Source of the DNA: Felis catus
Lineage: Eukaryota
Direction: 5' to 3'
Length of the DNA stretch: 64,000 nt
Assembly (NCBI RefSeq): GCF_018350175.1
Contig: NC_058368.1
Location: 169,074,001 to 169,138,000, forward strand
The notes beneath the pieces are model-generated. The model worked only from the letters and a program-made list of their open reading frames with translations. It ran no database searches and was not told the DNA's origin. Position numbers and translations under genes: made by a program. Below are positions 1 to 11,705 of the stretch, one piece after another (positions within the stretch are counted from its first letter, which is position 1; each line of letters begins with the position of its first letter).

Positions 1-1719
1 CTCACATACACTCACCCACACAGGACTGTGCATGAGTAACCCAGGAGCCATCTCCAGTGTGGCCTCCTCCACTTCTGTGCCCCACACACCTCAGTTCCTT
101 TCCCTGCGCCAGCCTCCTCTCCTTATGGCAAGGCTTTTCCAACGAGGTACACAGGATGGCAATGGTGGGGAGGAAGTATCTCCAAGAACTTGCCCCTTGA
201 AACCACCTCATCCAGGTTCTCAGGCAAGGATCCTTCCTGAGAGGTACTGCTATGAAATGTAGCCAAGCTGAAATGATAGCATGACCTGATGAAGAAAATC
301 ACCAGCTTGCAGAGTTTTCCTGAGCAAACTGAGACTGATACACGGTTCATCTGTATCCTGCAATGTATTTTGTCACCCCCTCAGAGGCAAGCACCTAGTC
401 CAGCAGCTGGCTCCAAATTGCCAGAGAACACTGCCCTCAGAGCAACCACGTTTTATGCAGGTGGCCATACATGCAGGGCCCTCTGGTATACTAGATGCCA
501 GTGGCAAATCAGTGAGCCAGAGGCGTAAGGCATTTTGAGGATGACAGAGTATTTGGAGAGATGAGATAAAGAGCATTTTTCTCAGGAAGAAGGAATGCTT
601 GTTAAGACTGATTACTTTGGGGAAAAGCTGGGAAGGGCAAAGACATTGACCTCAGAGCTAAATATGAGAGCTACGAGTCGCAGCCAAGAAACTCCCCTGA
701 TTACACTGCCTATAAAGGAGAAACATCAGAGGAGAGGCTAAATTAGAGCAGCGAGTTTTAAGTCGTGGATGGGCTGTCTGTCTTCATCAGCTCACATCAC
801 TAATGAAATCTGAATCTCCATGGAAAGCAGGAGGATAATACAGAAATAGAAAGAATGTCAAGAGGAAGCTGTCTGGAGAAACGAGTGTCCTGGGAGAGGA
901 GAGATGTTTAAAATTAATCAGTAAGACTTGAAGGAATATCTATGATCTTCTGCATCCCCTTCCTGGAGTTCAGCCCTGGCTCTGGGAGAGCCCCGAGCCC
1001 CTGAAAGGTAGATCTAGGGAAGAAAAATCGCTGGAAGGAAGAAAAGAAATGAAGGAACACAAGCAACAATTAATAGGACTGCTTGGGAGATCCTTTCACG
1101 CACAGTATCAGTGGTGGCCTCAGGTATGGTGGGACAAATTGTTCCCTGGAATGCTCAGGGAGCACGGGGGTGGGGGACACCCCTCAGGGCCCCCACCTTT
1201 CTTTCCTTTCTGGCTGTCAGCCTGGGGGTTGCCTGAGGAGGGGGTCCTATCTTCTCCTGAGTGGGCCTGGGAAGGCCTTTGCTCTCAAGAAAGCCTGGCC
1301 AAGTCTCAGTGTGGCTTCCTCTCCCCATCCCCTGCCCCTGGAAAACTAGGAATATTCTCATTTGTACTAGAACAAAAGACACATGTATTCTTGCCTCTAC
1401 CAGTGAAGACACTGCTCAGGGAGGCTCAGCAAGTTCATACTCCCAGAAAGTAGTTATTTATTCAGTTCCTCATAGGTACTGAGTTGTCCTTGGAAGTGTC
1501 TACAGGAACCTTCATGCCAGAGTCTAAAAGAACCCACCTCCCAAGCAGAGCAGCTCTGAGCAAAACTGCTATCGTTCAACAGTTCTTCCCAGCCTATGAC
1601 TTTCTTGAGCCCCTGAGCTCTAGAAGCCTGGCATCTAGATTCTTCCTCCACTTTGGCAATGTCTTCTACCAGAGGAAGTTCCACTCTCAATTATTTTTAC
1701 CTCAACAAAAGTGAGAAAG

Positions 1720-1960
1720 TGGGGCATAGTGAAAAGTTTGTGAACTTCAGTATCACACTGAGCTGAATTCAAATCCTGACTCTACCACATATCATGAAGC
1801 ACTGAGGAAACAACATAGTTTCTAAAAGTCTTGGGTCCCCCATCTGCCAATTAAAGATAATAATTCCCAACCTGCTAACATGTACTTCAATTAGCAGCAA
1901 TTTGTATAAATGAGCCTAATGTAGCAATTACCACCCTGAAGTACTTCATAAATGTTCTCT
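1720..1960 (+). mobile_element. MIR SINE remnant
   Basis: Resembles the MIR core: 'ttcaaatcctgactctaccac...ccccatctgccaattaaagataataattcccaacc...gtacttcataaatgtt'. Confidence 0.6.
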
Positions 1961-2097
1961 TTACCATTTATCAACTTTCTCCAGAGATTTCTACTTCAAA
2001 ATGCTTGTAAACATAATGACAACTTTTAGGCAAAATCCTACCCATAGTTGCACTGCTTTCCAAGTAGGTTTAAATTTTTTTTTTTTTTTTGAGTTTT

Positions 2098-2242
2098 GGG
2101 GCACCTGGGTGGCTCAGTTGGTTAAGCAGCCAACTACTCTTGGTTTTGGCTCAGGTAATGATCTCATGGTTCAGGCTCTGTGCTGACAATGTGGAGCCTG
2201 CTTGGGATTCTCGCTGTCAAAATAAATAAATTATCTTTAAAA
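2098..2242 (+). mobile_element. Can-SINE (SINEC), internally deleted
   Basis: Head 'ggggcacctgggtggctcagttggttaagc', aataaa tail, and flanking duplication 'ttttttttgagttt'. Confidence 0.93.
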
Positions 2243-2517
2243 CATTTTTTTTGAGTTTGAATGAGTTTAGGTGGACTCTATACTAAGTCTCTAGTACGCA
2301 TTTTCTTAAGCTCCTTTACCTAACTAACTACTCTAACCAGAGGGCACCTGAGGCCTGCCTCTCAGTTACTCATTTTAAATCTTGCTCTGTGACCACTACA
2401 ACCTGGGTCTATCTGTGACGACTTGGCCTTAGAGAAAGGCTGAGAAATGTCCTTCAGTATCTGTTACAGATTGAATTACATCTCCCTAAAATTCCTCAGT
2501 TAAAGTCCCAACCCCCT

Positions 2518-2732
2518 GGGGCGCCTGGGTGGCTCAGTCGTTTAAGCGGCCCACTTTAGCTCAGTTCATGATCTCAAGGTCCATGAGTTTGAGCCCCGCG
2601 TCGGGCTCTGTGCTGACGGCTCAGAGCCTGGAGCCTGTTTCAGATTCTGTGTCTCCCTCTCTCTGACCCTCCCCTGTTCATCCTCTGTTTCTCCCTGTCT
2701 CAAAAATAAATAAACATTAAAAAAAAAAAAAA
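2518..2732 (+). mobile_element. Can-SINE (SINEC_Fc-type)
   Basis: Complete head, CT-rich segment, aataaa and poly(A); target-site duplication 'aaagtccca'. Confidence 0.96.
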
Positions 2733-2784
2733 GTCCCAGTCCCATTACCTGAGAAGGTGACTATATTTAGAAATAGTGACTTTA

Positions 2785-2954
2785 GGGGCACTTGGGTGGC
2801 TCAGTTGGTTAAGTATCCAACTTCAGCTCAGGTCATGATCTCGTGATTCATTGGTTACAGCCCCATGTTGGGCTCTGTACTGACAGCTTGGAGCCTGGAG
2901 TCTGCTTCAGATTCTGTGTCTCCCTCTCTCTCTGCCCCTCTCCCACTCATGCTC
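2785..2954 (+). mobile_element. Can-SINE (3' end lost in N-gap)
   Basis: 'ggggcacttgggtggctcagttggttaag...cttcagattctgtgtctccctctctctctgcccc'. Confidence 0.93.
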
Positions 2955-3329
2955 NNNNNNNNNNNNNNNNNNNNNNNNNNNNNNNNNNNNNNNNNNNNNN
3001 NNNNNNNNNNNNNNNNNNNNNNNNNNNNNNNNNNNNNNNNNNNNNNNNNNNNNNNNNNNNNNNNNNNNNNNNNNNNNNNNNNNAAATTCGGACACAGGCA
3101 TACATATGGGACAATGGCATGTGAACATGAAGAGGCCATCCTCAAGCCAAGGGGAGCAGTCTCAGAAGAAGTCAACCCTGCTGACACTTTGACCTCAGAC
3201 TTCTAGCTTCCAGAACTACAAGAAAATAAATTTCTGTTGTCTAAGCCACCAGTCTGTGGTATTTTGTCACAGAGGCCCTAACAGACTCCTAGAAAATCCA
3301 TTCTTCACTTCATTTTAGAAGTAGAGTTT

Positions 3330-3715
3330 TGTTTTAGCTAAACATATGGCCATCTAGCTAGAGACTGCATTGTCAGCCTTCTTGCAGTGAGGTTCAGCCC
3401 TGTGACTAAGTTTGAGCCAGTGGGATATAAGTGGAAGTGATGTGGCAACTTCCAGGTCATGCCTCTAAAGTGAAAGCTGCTTGCGATCCATTTCCACTTG
3501 CTCCTTCCTGATGAGCAGGAGATGGCTATAAGCAGAGAAGATTCCTTGGGCAAAGAGATGGAAAACACAGCTGAGCTGCCCTCCAACACCAGACCATCCT
3601 CCTCTGTATTGAAGGAGTTAAATAAGAGAGAAGTACATTGCTACCTTACCTATGCCTCTCTAAGGTACTTTGGGCCTCTTCATTATGGCAGCTTAGCCTA
3701 CCTTTGGGCTAATAA
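3330..3715 (+). mobile_element. Old MaLR LTR (MLT1J/I-like)
   Basis: 'tgtgactaagtttgagccagtgggatataagtggaagtgatgtggcaacttccaggtcatgcc' is typical of old MLT1 LTRs. Confidence 0.65.
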
Positions 3716-4169
3716 GGCTCTTCTACACCCAGATCCTCCAGTTTCCAAGTTCCTTAGAAACATCTGGCTGTGGGAAGTTGAGGGCTGTCTTAAAGTAGAG
3801 GGTCTCAGAGGGCTGGATGAGGTCTCCTGGGCTGGATGAAGGCCCAGGATTCCAGGATCTTAGAGAGACCTCAGTTACCCACTGATTTCCCTTCCCACCT
3901 AAGGGAGGGACACAAATCTTCTCATCCATGTGGCTCACAAGTTCTTGTCCAGCCTCTATTGAAATGTCTCCCTGAACACGGAGGCCACCTTTCACACAAG
4001 TGTGATCATGAGTGGGTGTGGGACCACACCAGTCATCAGACGGTCCATCCTTGTGTGATCTGGAATCAGCCTCCTGTAACTTTGCCTTCCAGTTCTAGTC
4101 CCAGCCTCTAGAGTGAAATGCAATCAGCCCTTCAATCACTAGAAGATTGGATTGCTGAAAACAGGGGGT

Positions 4170-4688
4170 ACACAAAGGTCTCAGTGTCCTTAGTATTACA
4201 ATAACTATACATGGTGCCTCTAGGCCAAAAGAAATACCAAGTAATTCCCGTGTAATAAGTAGCTACTCCCAGCCAAGTATTTATATTCCAACAATTTAGT
4301 ATCTTGAAATAAAAATACACATAAATTATTTTTATTTTGTTCTTACACAACTGTGATTTCTTACTAATGGGATGTGTTCCTGTTGGACACTGCACAGCTT
4401 CTCAAACCTTCAAGTCATATTGGATATACCCAACCTCATTGCTTGTTCCACACTAATTTTCATTCAGTACTTGTTTTTTGTTGCAGCAACCACTGAAAAA
4501 ATACATCTTCACAAAGATAGGATGCCAAATCAAATATAATGCAGCATGTTCTAATGTTGAAACTAGACTACATGAAGCTAATAATTCACATCACATCCCA
4601 TAGATAATTCCCTTACAATTTAAAAATGTCCTGTGGGGTTCCTGGGAATTTCTATGGGGTGTCTCCATGCACAATTTGGGAACCACAG
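4170..4688. mobile_element. hAT-Charlie family DNA transposon remnant
   Basis: Charlie-type terminus 'cacaatttgggaaccacag' and internal 'taggccaaaagaaatacc'. Confidence 0.5.
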
Positions 4689-4862
4689 ACCCCTTCGTAA
4701 GTGTTTAGTTACTAGAAGTCTACTTGGGTTCAAATGTAATCAGATTCCACATCTATAAAACTTTAAAAATTAAGGTATCTACTTCATATGGGTCTTGTGA
4801 AGAGTAAATGAAATTATGTATTTTTAAATGTCTAACACAGGATCTGTCAAACAGAAGGCCTC

Positions 4863-5441
4863 TGTGTTAGTCTTCTATTGCTGTATAACAAGTTATAATA
4901 AACTTAGAGACTTTAAACAATATACATGTATCATCTTACAATTTTTATCAGGAAATGTAGCTTAGCTGAGTCGTTTGCTTCAGGGGCTTAACAGGCTGCA
5001 ATTCAGGTATTGGCCAATGCCTTCAAATGGGGACAAATTCACTTGCAAGCCCCCCTCCCAGGCTGATGGCAGAATTCATCTCTTCACCCCTGTAGAACTG
5101 TTTAATGCTGGCTGTTGTTCAGGGGCTGCTTTCAGCTCTCTCAGGCAACCCACAGTGTCCTATCATGTGACATGTCATGTCACATGTCCTATCATAGGAC
5201 ATCACAATGACAGCAGCTTGTTTCTTCAAGGCCAGTGGGAAAATTTCTAAAGTGTCATACAATGAAACATAGGAGTAGCATTTGCCATGAGAAGTCACCT
5301 AATCAAGGGAGTGACATCCCATCACTTTGTCATATTCTTTGAGTAGGAGAAAGTCATAGGTTCCAACCATAGTCAAGAGAAAATTATTATATAGTCAAGA
5401 GCTTGACTCATTGAGGGTCACCTTAGGTTTTATCTGCCACA
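4863..5441 (-). mobile_element. MaLR solo LTR (MLT1D-like)
   Basis: Starts 'tgtgttagtcttctattgctgtataacaagttataataaacttag' and ends 'gggtcaccttaggttttatctgccaca'. Confidence 0.75.
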
Positions 5442-6230
5442 GCCTTGAAAGTAGTATCATGTCCCCCTTCTTTTCTCCAGGTTAACTATATGCCCATGTG
5501 CATCAACTGTTAGCCTGTGTGGCAAGATTAAAATTCCTGCTACTACTCTCTATAATGGTCAGAAGACATTTGCCTTGGGAGGAAATGGGTGGGGGACAAT
5601 GCTGGTTTTGTTGTGTAGGGGAGCTGGGTCCCATTAGGAGTGGTAGATGACACAATGGAGGCACTTTCCATTTCCTTTTAATTTACTCATATTTGCATTC
5701 ATTATCCAACAAGTTTTTAGTGAATAATTTCTATGATCTAGGCCCTGGTCTGGCTCTGATCTCACACAGGATCCCAACCACCTACATTGGACACAGATTC
5801 CACTGTCTGAATCCATTCAAAAGGTACCTTTAGTACATTTTTCAGCCTTGTGGCCTTTTTGACATCTGGGAATTGCCACTCTCTGGGAAGAGCTATAGTC
5901 ATCTATTTAATACAGTTGTGGTCAAAAGCCATTGGCCTTAGGGAGCAAGAGGGGAAAGTCACAAAAGTGAGTGACACAGAAGAAAGAGAACAAGACTAGG
6001 TCAGTATACCTGAGTTTCAGGCCTGTGCCCCAGAATGTGTTCCTAGAAATCCCTAGAGCTCAGTTTCTTCATTTTTATGGGGAAGGGGTTGTCTGAACCA
6101 GTCGATATCTAACTTTCTACCACAAAAAATGCATTTTTACTATTCCAACACATATAATTTTGATTAGGTCTATCTAAGTCAGCTACATATATTAAAAAAA
6201 AATTGTTCATTGGTCTTCCCATGAAATAAG

Positions 6231-6668
6231 CAGTGTTACACCAGAGTTGATAGGATTTCAGTCAAACACTGAGAAGCCAATGTTTTTGGCAGACCTAGAT
6301 AGCCAGGGAATATACAACTGAGTGCAAGACATTTAGAAATTGAGAAATGCTCATGGCATCCAAGATTATTGCTATGGCCCTTCACACATACAGGAGTCTG
6401 GTCTATCCAATATTTCTTCAAAGTGCTTTGTGAGCTGCTAGGTAATCCCGGAGATGACTTAGGTGTTATATCATTTTTATAGATATGCATTTATTTTAAT
6501 ATTCAGTAATAAAAAGTTATAACTACCCCATCAAGTCAATGAGTTATCTATTTAAAATAAACTAAATGAAAAAATTTTAGAGAGTAAATAAGTACCAATC
6601 CAAGTGCTATGTGGCTAGGGTGATATGGTGAGGGCCATATGCAAATGACCAGCATTTGAGAAACCTTG
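6231..6668. mobile_element. hAT-Charlie family non-autonomous element
   Basis: Ends 'cagtgtt...' and '...gcaaatgaccagcatttgagaaaccttg' resemble Charlie terminal inverted repeats. Confidence 0.55.
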
Positions 6669-8484
6669 GTTTTCCTCATGCCTCATCACCCTGCATTCTG
6701 TGATGCTGTATGAATGCATTTACTTTCTGGCCAACCCCTATACACCACTGGAATTTCTCTTGGTTTCTACAAAGAATAGGGCTCTTAGCCACACTGGGAA
6801 ACTGGTGCTCAGATCAGTCAAACTGGCTAACCAGCTATTTGATTTCCATGTTTTGGATTGCTGATCAGCTATTTTAACAAGAGCCCTAGCTTTCTCATCC
6901 CTATAATTTGCTGTCAAGTGTCAGACTGCAAATCAAAACATGACAATGGTCAGGGATATTTTGTCTTGAGATTTAAAAAATAATATTGTTCTCACTAAAG
7001 ATCAAACACAGGGTATTTCACTCAGAAGCATATCAAGCATTGCACCTGTGTCTCGCCTTGATGCTACTCCTGACCTTCCTCTGGGTGACACATTAGGATG
7101 CCTGCTTTAAAAATTTTTCTTTTTATTCCTCAGCATTTTTCCTGGCAAGAAGTTGACAATGAAAAAGTGCATAATAAACCTACAGCCTTGACACTGGTGA
7201 TTACCAGGAGACTAAAAGGGATCTCTGTCTGTTTGTCTGTCTTATACATGTCCTCAGGCCCCCCCTTGGCCAGCTCAGTACTGTGGACAGTTAACCATGC
7301 CATACTCTCTTGATTTATTTGTGGTCACTGTATTCCTCAGAAGCACATTTTTCAAAGGGAGGAAATTGGTAATTTTATATCTCTTATGGATGGGATACTT
7401 TCTTCCTATCTGCAATAGTTTGGAAATGCTTTTTAGAAACCAAGATGAGGAGGAAAAGAATAAATCTTTCTTTCAGCCTCGGATTTCCCTGAAAGAGGAA
7501 ACATGAGTGAAGGCCTCACACCAAGGCCAAGAGGGCAACAAAATTTCACACCTTTTCCACCCCTTTATGAAGCAGGAGGTAGGGGATCAGGGAGTTATCC
7601 CAAACTTAGCTTCAGGGCAGTAATTAAGAAATGAGGGAGATTCATCCTGTACAAAGGCAAATGCACTCATAATGGTTTATAGGATGGTGGAAATTAACAT
7701 CTATTTAGTTATTACAAAGTAAAATATGCTCCTAGTTTGAAGAAAATAGAATGGGTAGTAGGAAAGCCATCTGGTTTAGTTCTCCTAAAGATTTTGAACA
7801 CTTTCACCTCTTCCATTGATGAATGTCATGCTGGAAATTTCTCCCACCCTTTTTTCTCCCCTCACCTCTGCCCTTCTAGAATTTGCTTCCAACTTGCCCA
7901 AATTCTAAGCTCCATAGCATCCCTGGCTTCCTTTTTATGCCTGTCTTCTAATGTGACTCAGCTCTTGGACTTACTGCTCCTTCTTGGCCTATGGTTTCCA
8001 CATCCCTGAGGGTGCTCAGAAGCCTAGCAAAGGGGGACTACACCACAACTCACAGTGGAAATATTCTGTAACTCCTGGGAGGAGGGAGAATATAGGAATT
8101 AGAGGAGGAAGTGGTCGACATACTCTTTTCTTGGTAGCGTATCCTTTAATTTATATCACTGCTGGAATTTGGGGGAACACATTCACCTTACGAACATATG
8201 TTAACTCTATTATGCCAGTTATGACACTAAAAGCAACAGTACTATCTCACATCAGTACAGTTTTAATTACATTTCAAGGAGCTATCCTACCAATTGCCTC
8301 ATACATTCCCAAAGCAATTCTAGCACAGGATACTCTAAAGGACTTGCCTTGATTGAACAGCTACAAGGAAGTGGTGGTAAGTGACAGAATTTGTAAGAAT
8401 CACCCTATATTCATGCCTAAAAATGGAGAAATGCCTTCAGATCACTGACTAACAGATGCCAAAAGGGATTTAGGAGGGTAAAAG

Positions 8485-8600
8485 GGAGGCGATTATAAAA
8501 TTTATGAGACAACCTGAACAGTGAAAGGGGATGCTCTTGATAACTCAACTGGGACCCCGGGACCATCCTAGACAAACTAGAAGGTACAGTCACAATCTAT
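8485..8600 (+). mobile_element. MER94-like hAT-Blackjack MITE
   Basis: 'agtgaaaggggatgctcttgataac...gggaccatcctagacaaactagaaggtacagtcac' follows the MER94 layout. Confidence 0.6.
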
Positions 8601-9795
8601 GGCACAAGGACCCTGCTAGACTTTGCCTGCCAACCTCCCATCCAGAGCTCTTTCCCTGCAACAAATTAACTTCCTAATGTTGAACTTATACAAATTGAGA
8701 TTTATTTAGGATGCATGCAAAGCACTAGACATGGAGAAAGATAGACTTTCAGAAAATATACTTAAAGGGCATACAGGAGAAGGAAAGGTATTGCTCATCA
8801 GATTGAACTATATGGGAAAGTACTGGCAATGTAATTCAGAGCAAGATATGTGACTCTGCTGAAATAGAGGAATGTTTCACAATAAACTGCTCCCTTTCAT
8901 TATCTTGTCAGCCCAAGGGGCAGCCATGTTGGACTACTCTGTCTACTTGATTATAAAGGTAGAAGGCTGCTCACAGGACTCAGTAAAGCTGGCTGCTGGG
9001 ATTAGGGGGGAGCACAACAGGTGAATATACTGGCCTAGCACATAAGAAAGAAAGCTTCCACAACCATGGAGCCACAAGTAAGTGATGACATTTCTCCAAA
9101 TTTCAGTTACCTAATCTGTGTGTGACAGGGGTCACAGCTCAAACAAAAGCCACACCCCTGCAGAATCTGGCATCGGCTCCAGTTTAACCTGTATTCCTGG
9201 AGGATTCAAGCCTACCTGGGGATACTTAGAAGACTCTTTGGGCAACCCCCTGGAAGCTCAGTTAGATCAATAATTAAGGAGTCAAGTCAGGAAGAATGGA
9301 ACAATTTCAGACACACAAAATCTGTCGCTCTGTAATACAGATATAGAATCTGTATTAGTTGGTCCCCAACTAATATAGCCCATCTAGAGGGGCCAGTTTA
9401 GATGCTTAGATCTCTTTTTAAAATACCAACCCAAGGCCAGCATTACTCTGATACCAATCCCCAGATAAGGATGTCAAAATAAAGAAAATTACAGGCCTAT
9501 ATCCTTGATGAATACAGATGTAAAAGTTCTCAACAAAATATTGGGAAATCAAATTCAACAATCCATTGAAAGGATCATACTATATGGTTAAGTGGGATTT
9601 ATTTCAGGAATGCAAGGATGGTTCAACATCTGCAAGTCAGTCAATGTAATACACCCCATTAACAAAGGGTAAAAATTATATGATCATCTCAATAGATGCA
9701 GAAAAAGTATTTGGCAAAATTCAGCATCCATTGGTAAAAACTCTTGATGAAGTAGATACAGAGGGAATATGTCTCAACAGAAGAAAGACCATACA

Positions 9796-9988
9796 GGGGC
9801 ACCTGGGTGACTTAATTGGTTAAGCATCCAGCTTCAGGTCAGGTCATGATCTCACAACTCATGAATTTGAGCCCAGCACCAGGCTCTCTGTTGTCAGTGC
9901 AGAGCCTATTTCAGATCCTCTGTCTCCCCCTCTCTCTGCCCCTTCCCCACTCACTCTCTATCAAAAATAAATACACATTTAAAAATAA
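9796..9988 (+). mobile_element. Can-SINE inside L1
   Basis: Head 'ggggcacctgggtgacttaattggttaagc'; degenerate target-site duplication 'aaagaccataca/aaaggccacaca'. Confidence 0.93.
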
Positions 9989-11254
9989 ATAAAGGCCACA
10001 CATGAAAGGCCTACAGCTAACATCATACTCAATGATGAAAAGCTTTTCTTCTAAAATCAGGAACANNNNNNNNNNNNNNNNNNNNNNNNNNNNNNNNNNN
10101 NNNNNNNNNNNNNNNNNNNNNNNNNNNNNNNNNNNNNNNNNNNNNNNNNNNNNNNNNNNNNNNNNNNNNNNNNNNNNNNNNNNNNNNNNNNNNNNNNNNN
10201 NNNNNNNNNNNNNNNNNGACAATGGTAAAGATTCCACCAAAAACCAGTAGAACTAAATCAAAAAATTCATCAAGGTTGCAGAATACACAAAATCAACATA
10301 CAGAAATCTGTTGCAATTCTATACACTAATAAAGTATTAGAAATTAAGAAAATAATCCCATTTACGATTGCATCAAAAAGAATATATAAGAATGAAACTA
10401 ACCAAGGAGATGAAAGATGGNNNNNNNNNNNNNNNNNNNNNNNNNNNNNNNNNNNNNNNNNNNNNNNNNNNNNNNNNNNNNNNNNNNNNNNNNNNNNNNN
10501 NNNNNNNNNNNNNNNNNNNNNNNNNNNNNNNNNNNNNNNNNNNNNNNNNNNNNNNNNNNNNNNNNNNNNNNNNNNNNNNNNNNNNNNNNNNAGAAATNNN
10601 NNNNNNNNNNNNNNNNNNNNNNNNNNNNNNNNNNNNNNNNNNNNNNNNNNNNNNNNNNNNNNNNNNNNNNNNNNNNNNNNNNNNNNNNNNNNNNNNNNNN
10701 NNNNNNNNNNNNNNNNNNNNNNNNNNNNNNNNNNNNNNNNNNNNNNNNNNNNNNAAAGACACATAAATCAGTGAAACACAATAGACAATCCAGGAATAAT
10801 CCCACACAAATATGATCAATTAATTTATGACAAAGGAGCCAAGAACATACAATGGGGAAGGGACAGTCTCTTAAACAAATGATGCTGAAAAAATTGGACA
10901 GCCACATATCAAAGAATGAAACTTGACTCCACCTTCATGGTACACCAAAATTAACTCAAAGTGGATTAAAGACTTGAACACAAAGCCAGAAACCATAAAA
11001 GTCCTAGGAGAAAGCATAGGCAGTATGCCACTTTGCATCCATCTTAGTGATGATTATTTTGGATTTGACACCAAAAGCAAAAGCAATAAAAGAAAAAATA
11101 AACAAGTACGGCTACATCACACTAAAAAGCTTCTACACAACAAAGGAAACCATCAGCAAAATGAAAAGCCAACCTAAGGAATGGGAGAAAATATTTATAA
11201 ATCATTTCTTATAAGGAGTTAATATCCGGAATATATAAAGAATTCATACAACTC

Positions 11255-11461
11255 GGGGCACCTGGGTGGCTCAGTCGGTAGAGTGTCCGACTTCAGCTCA
11301 GGTCATGATCTCACCGTTCGTGGGTTTGAGCCCCGCATTGGGCTCTGTGCTGACAACCTGGAGCCTGCTTCAGATTCTGTGTCTCCCTCTCTCTCTATTC
11401 CTCCCCCACTCGCACTCTGTCTCTTTATCTCTCTCTCAAAAATAAATAAAGATTAAAAAAA
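11255..11461 (+). mobile_element. Young Can-SINE inside L1
   Basis: Perfect 18-bp target-site duplication 'aaagaattcatacaactc' (11237-11254 and 11462-11479); CpGs retained. Confidence 0.97.
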
Positions 11462-11501
11462 AAAGAATTCATACAACTCAGTAGCAAATAAAACAACCCA
11501 A

Positions 11502-11705
11502 TTTTTTTAATGTTTATTTTTGAGAAAGAGAGCATGCGAGCCTGGGTGGGTCAGGGGGAGGGGCAGCAAGAGAGGGGGACAGAGGATCCAAAGTGGGAGC
11601 CATTGACAGCAGGGAGTCCCAAGTAGGGCTAGAACTCACCAATCGTGAGATCATGACCTGAGCCAAAGTCAGATGCTTAACGGACTGAGCCACACATGAC
11701 TCCCC
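11502..11705 (-). mobile_element. Can-SINE inside L1
   Basis: Reverse-complement SINE body 'gagatcatgacctgagccaaagtcagatgcttaacggactgagccac'; target-site duplication 'ccaattttt'. Confidence 0.93.

Larger units (their letters stand above)
2462..3292 (+). mobile_element. MaLR solo LTR (MLT1B-like) interrupted by two SINEs and an N-gap
   Basis: 5' end 'tgttacagattgaattacatctccctaaaattc' and 3' end 'aaataaatttctgttgtctaagccaccagtctgtggtattttgtcacag' match MLT1 termini. Confidence 0.8.

Noticed and set aside
1049-1714. ORFs of 134 aa and 76 aa near the window start
   Set aside because: No recognisable domain, compositionally random, and no convincing exon structure.
2098-2170. tRNA-like A/B box sequences at SINE heads
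   Set aside because: These are tRNA-derived SINE heads, not tRNA genes; they lack a complete cloverleaf and run into SINE body.
2843-3206. Long ORFs spanning N-runs (also at 9911-10907, 18791-19142, 35029-35331 and 40996-41518)
   Set aside because: They are open only because NNN translates to X; most flanks are SINE, LTR or L1 sequence.
5164-5186. Near-palindrome 'catgtgacatgtcatgtcacatg'
   Set aside because: It lies within an MLT1 LTR and is a low-complexity local expansion.
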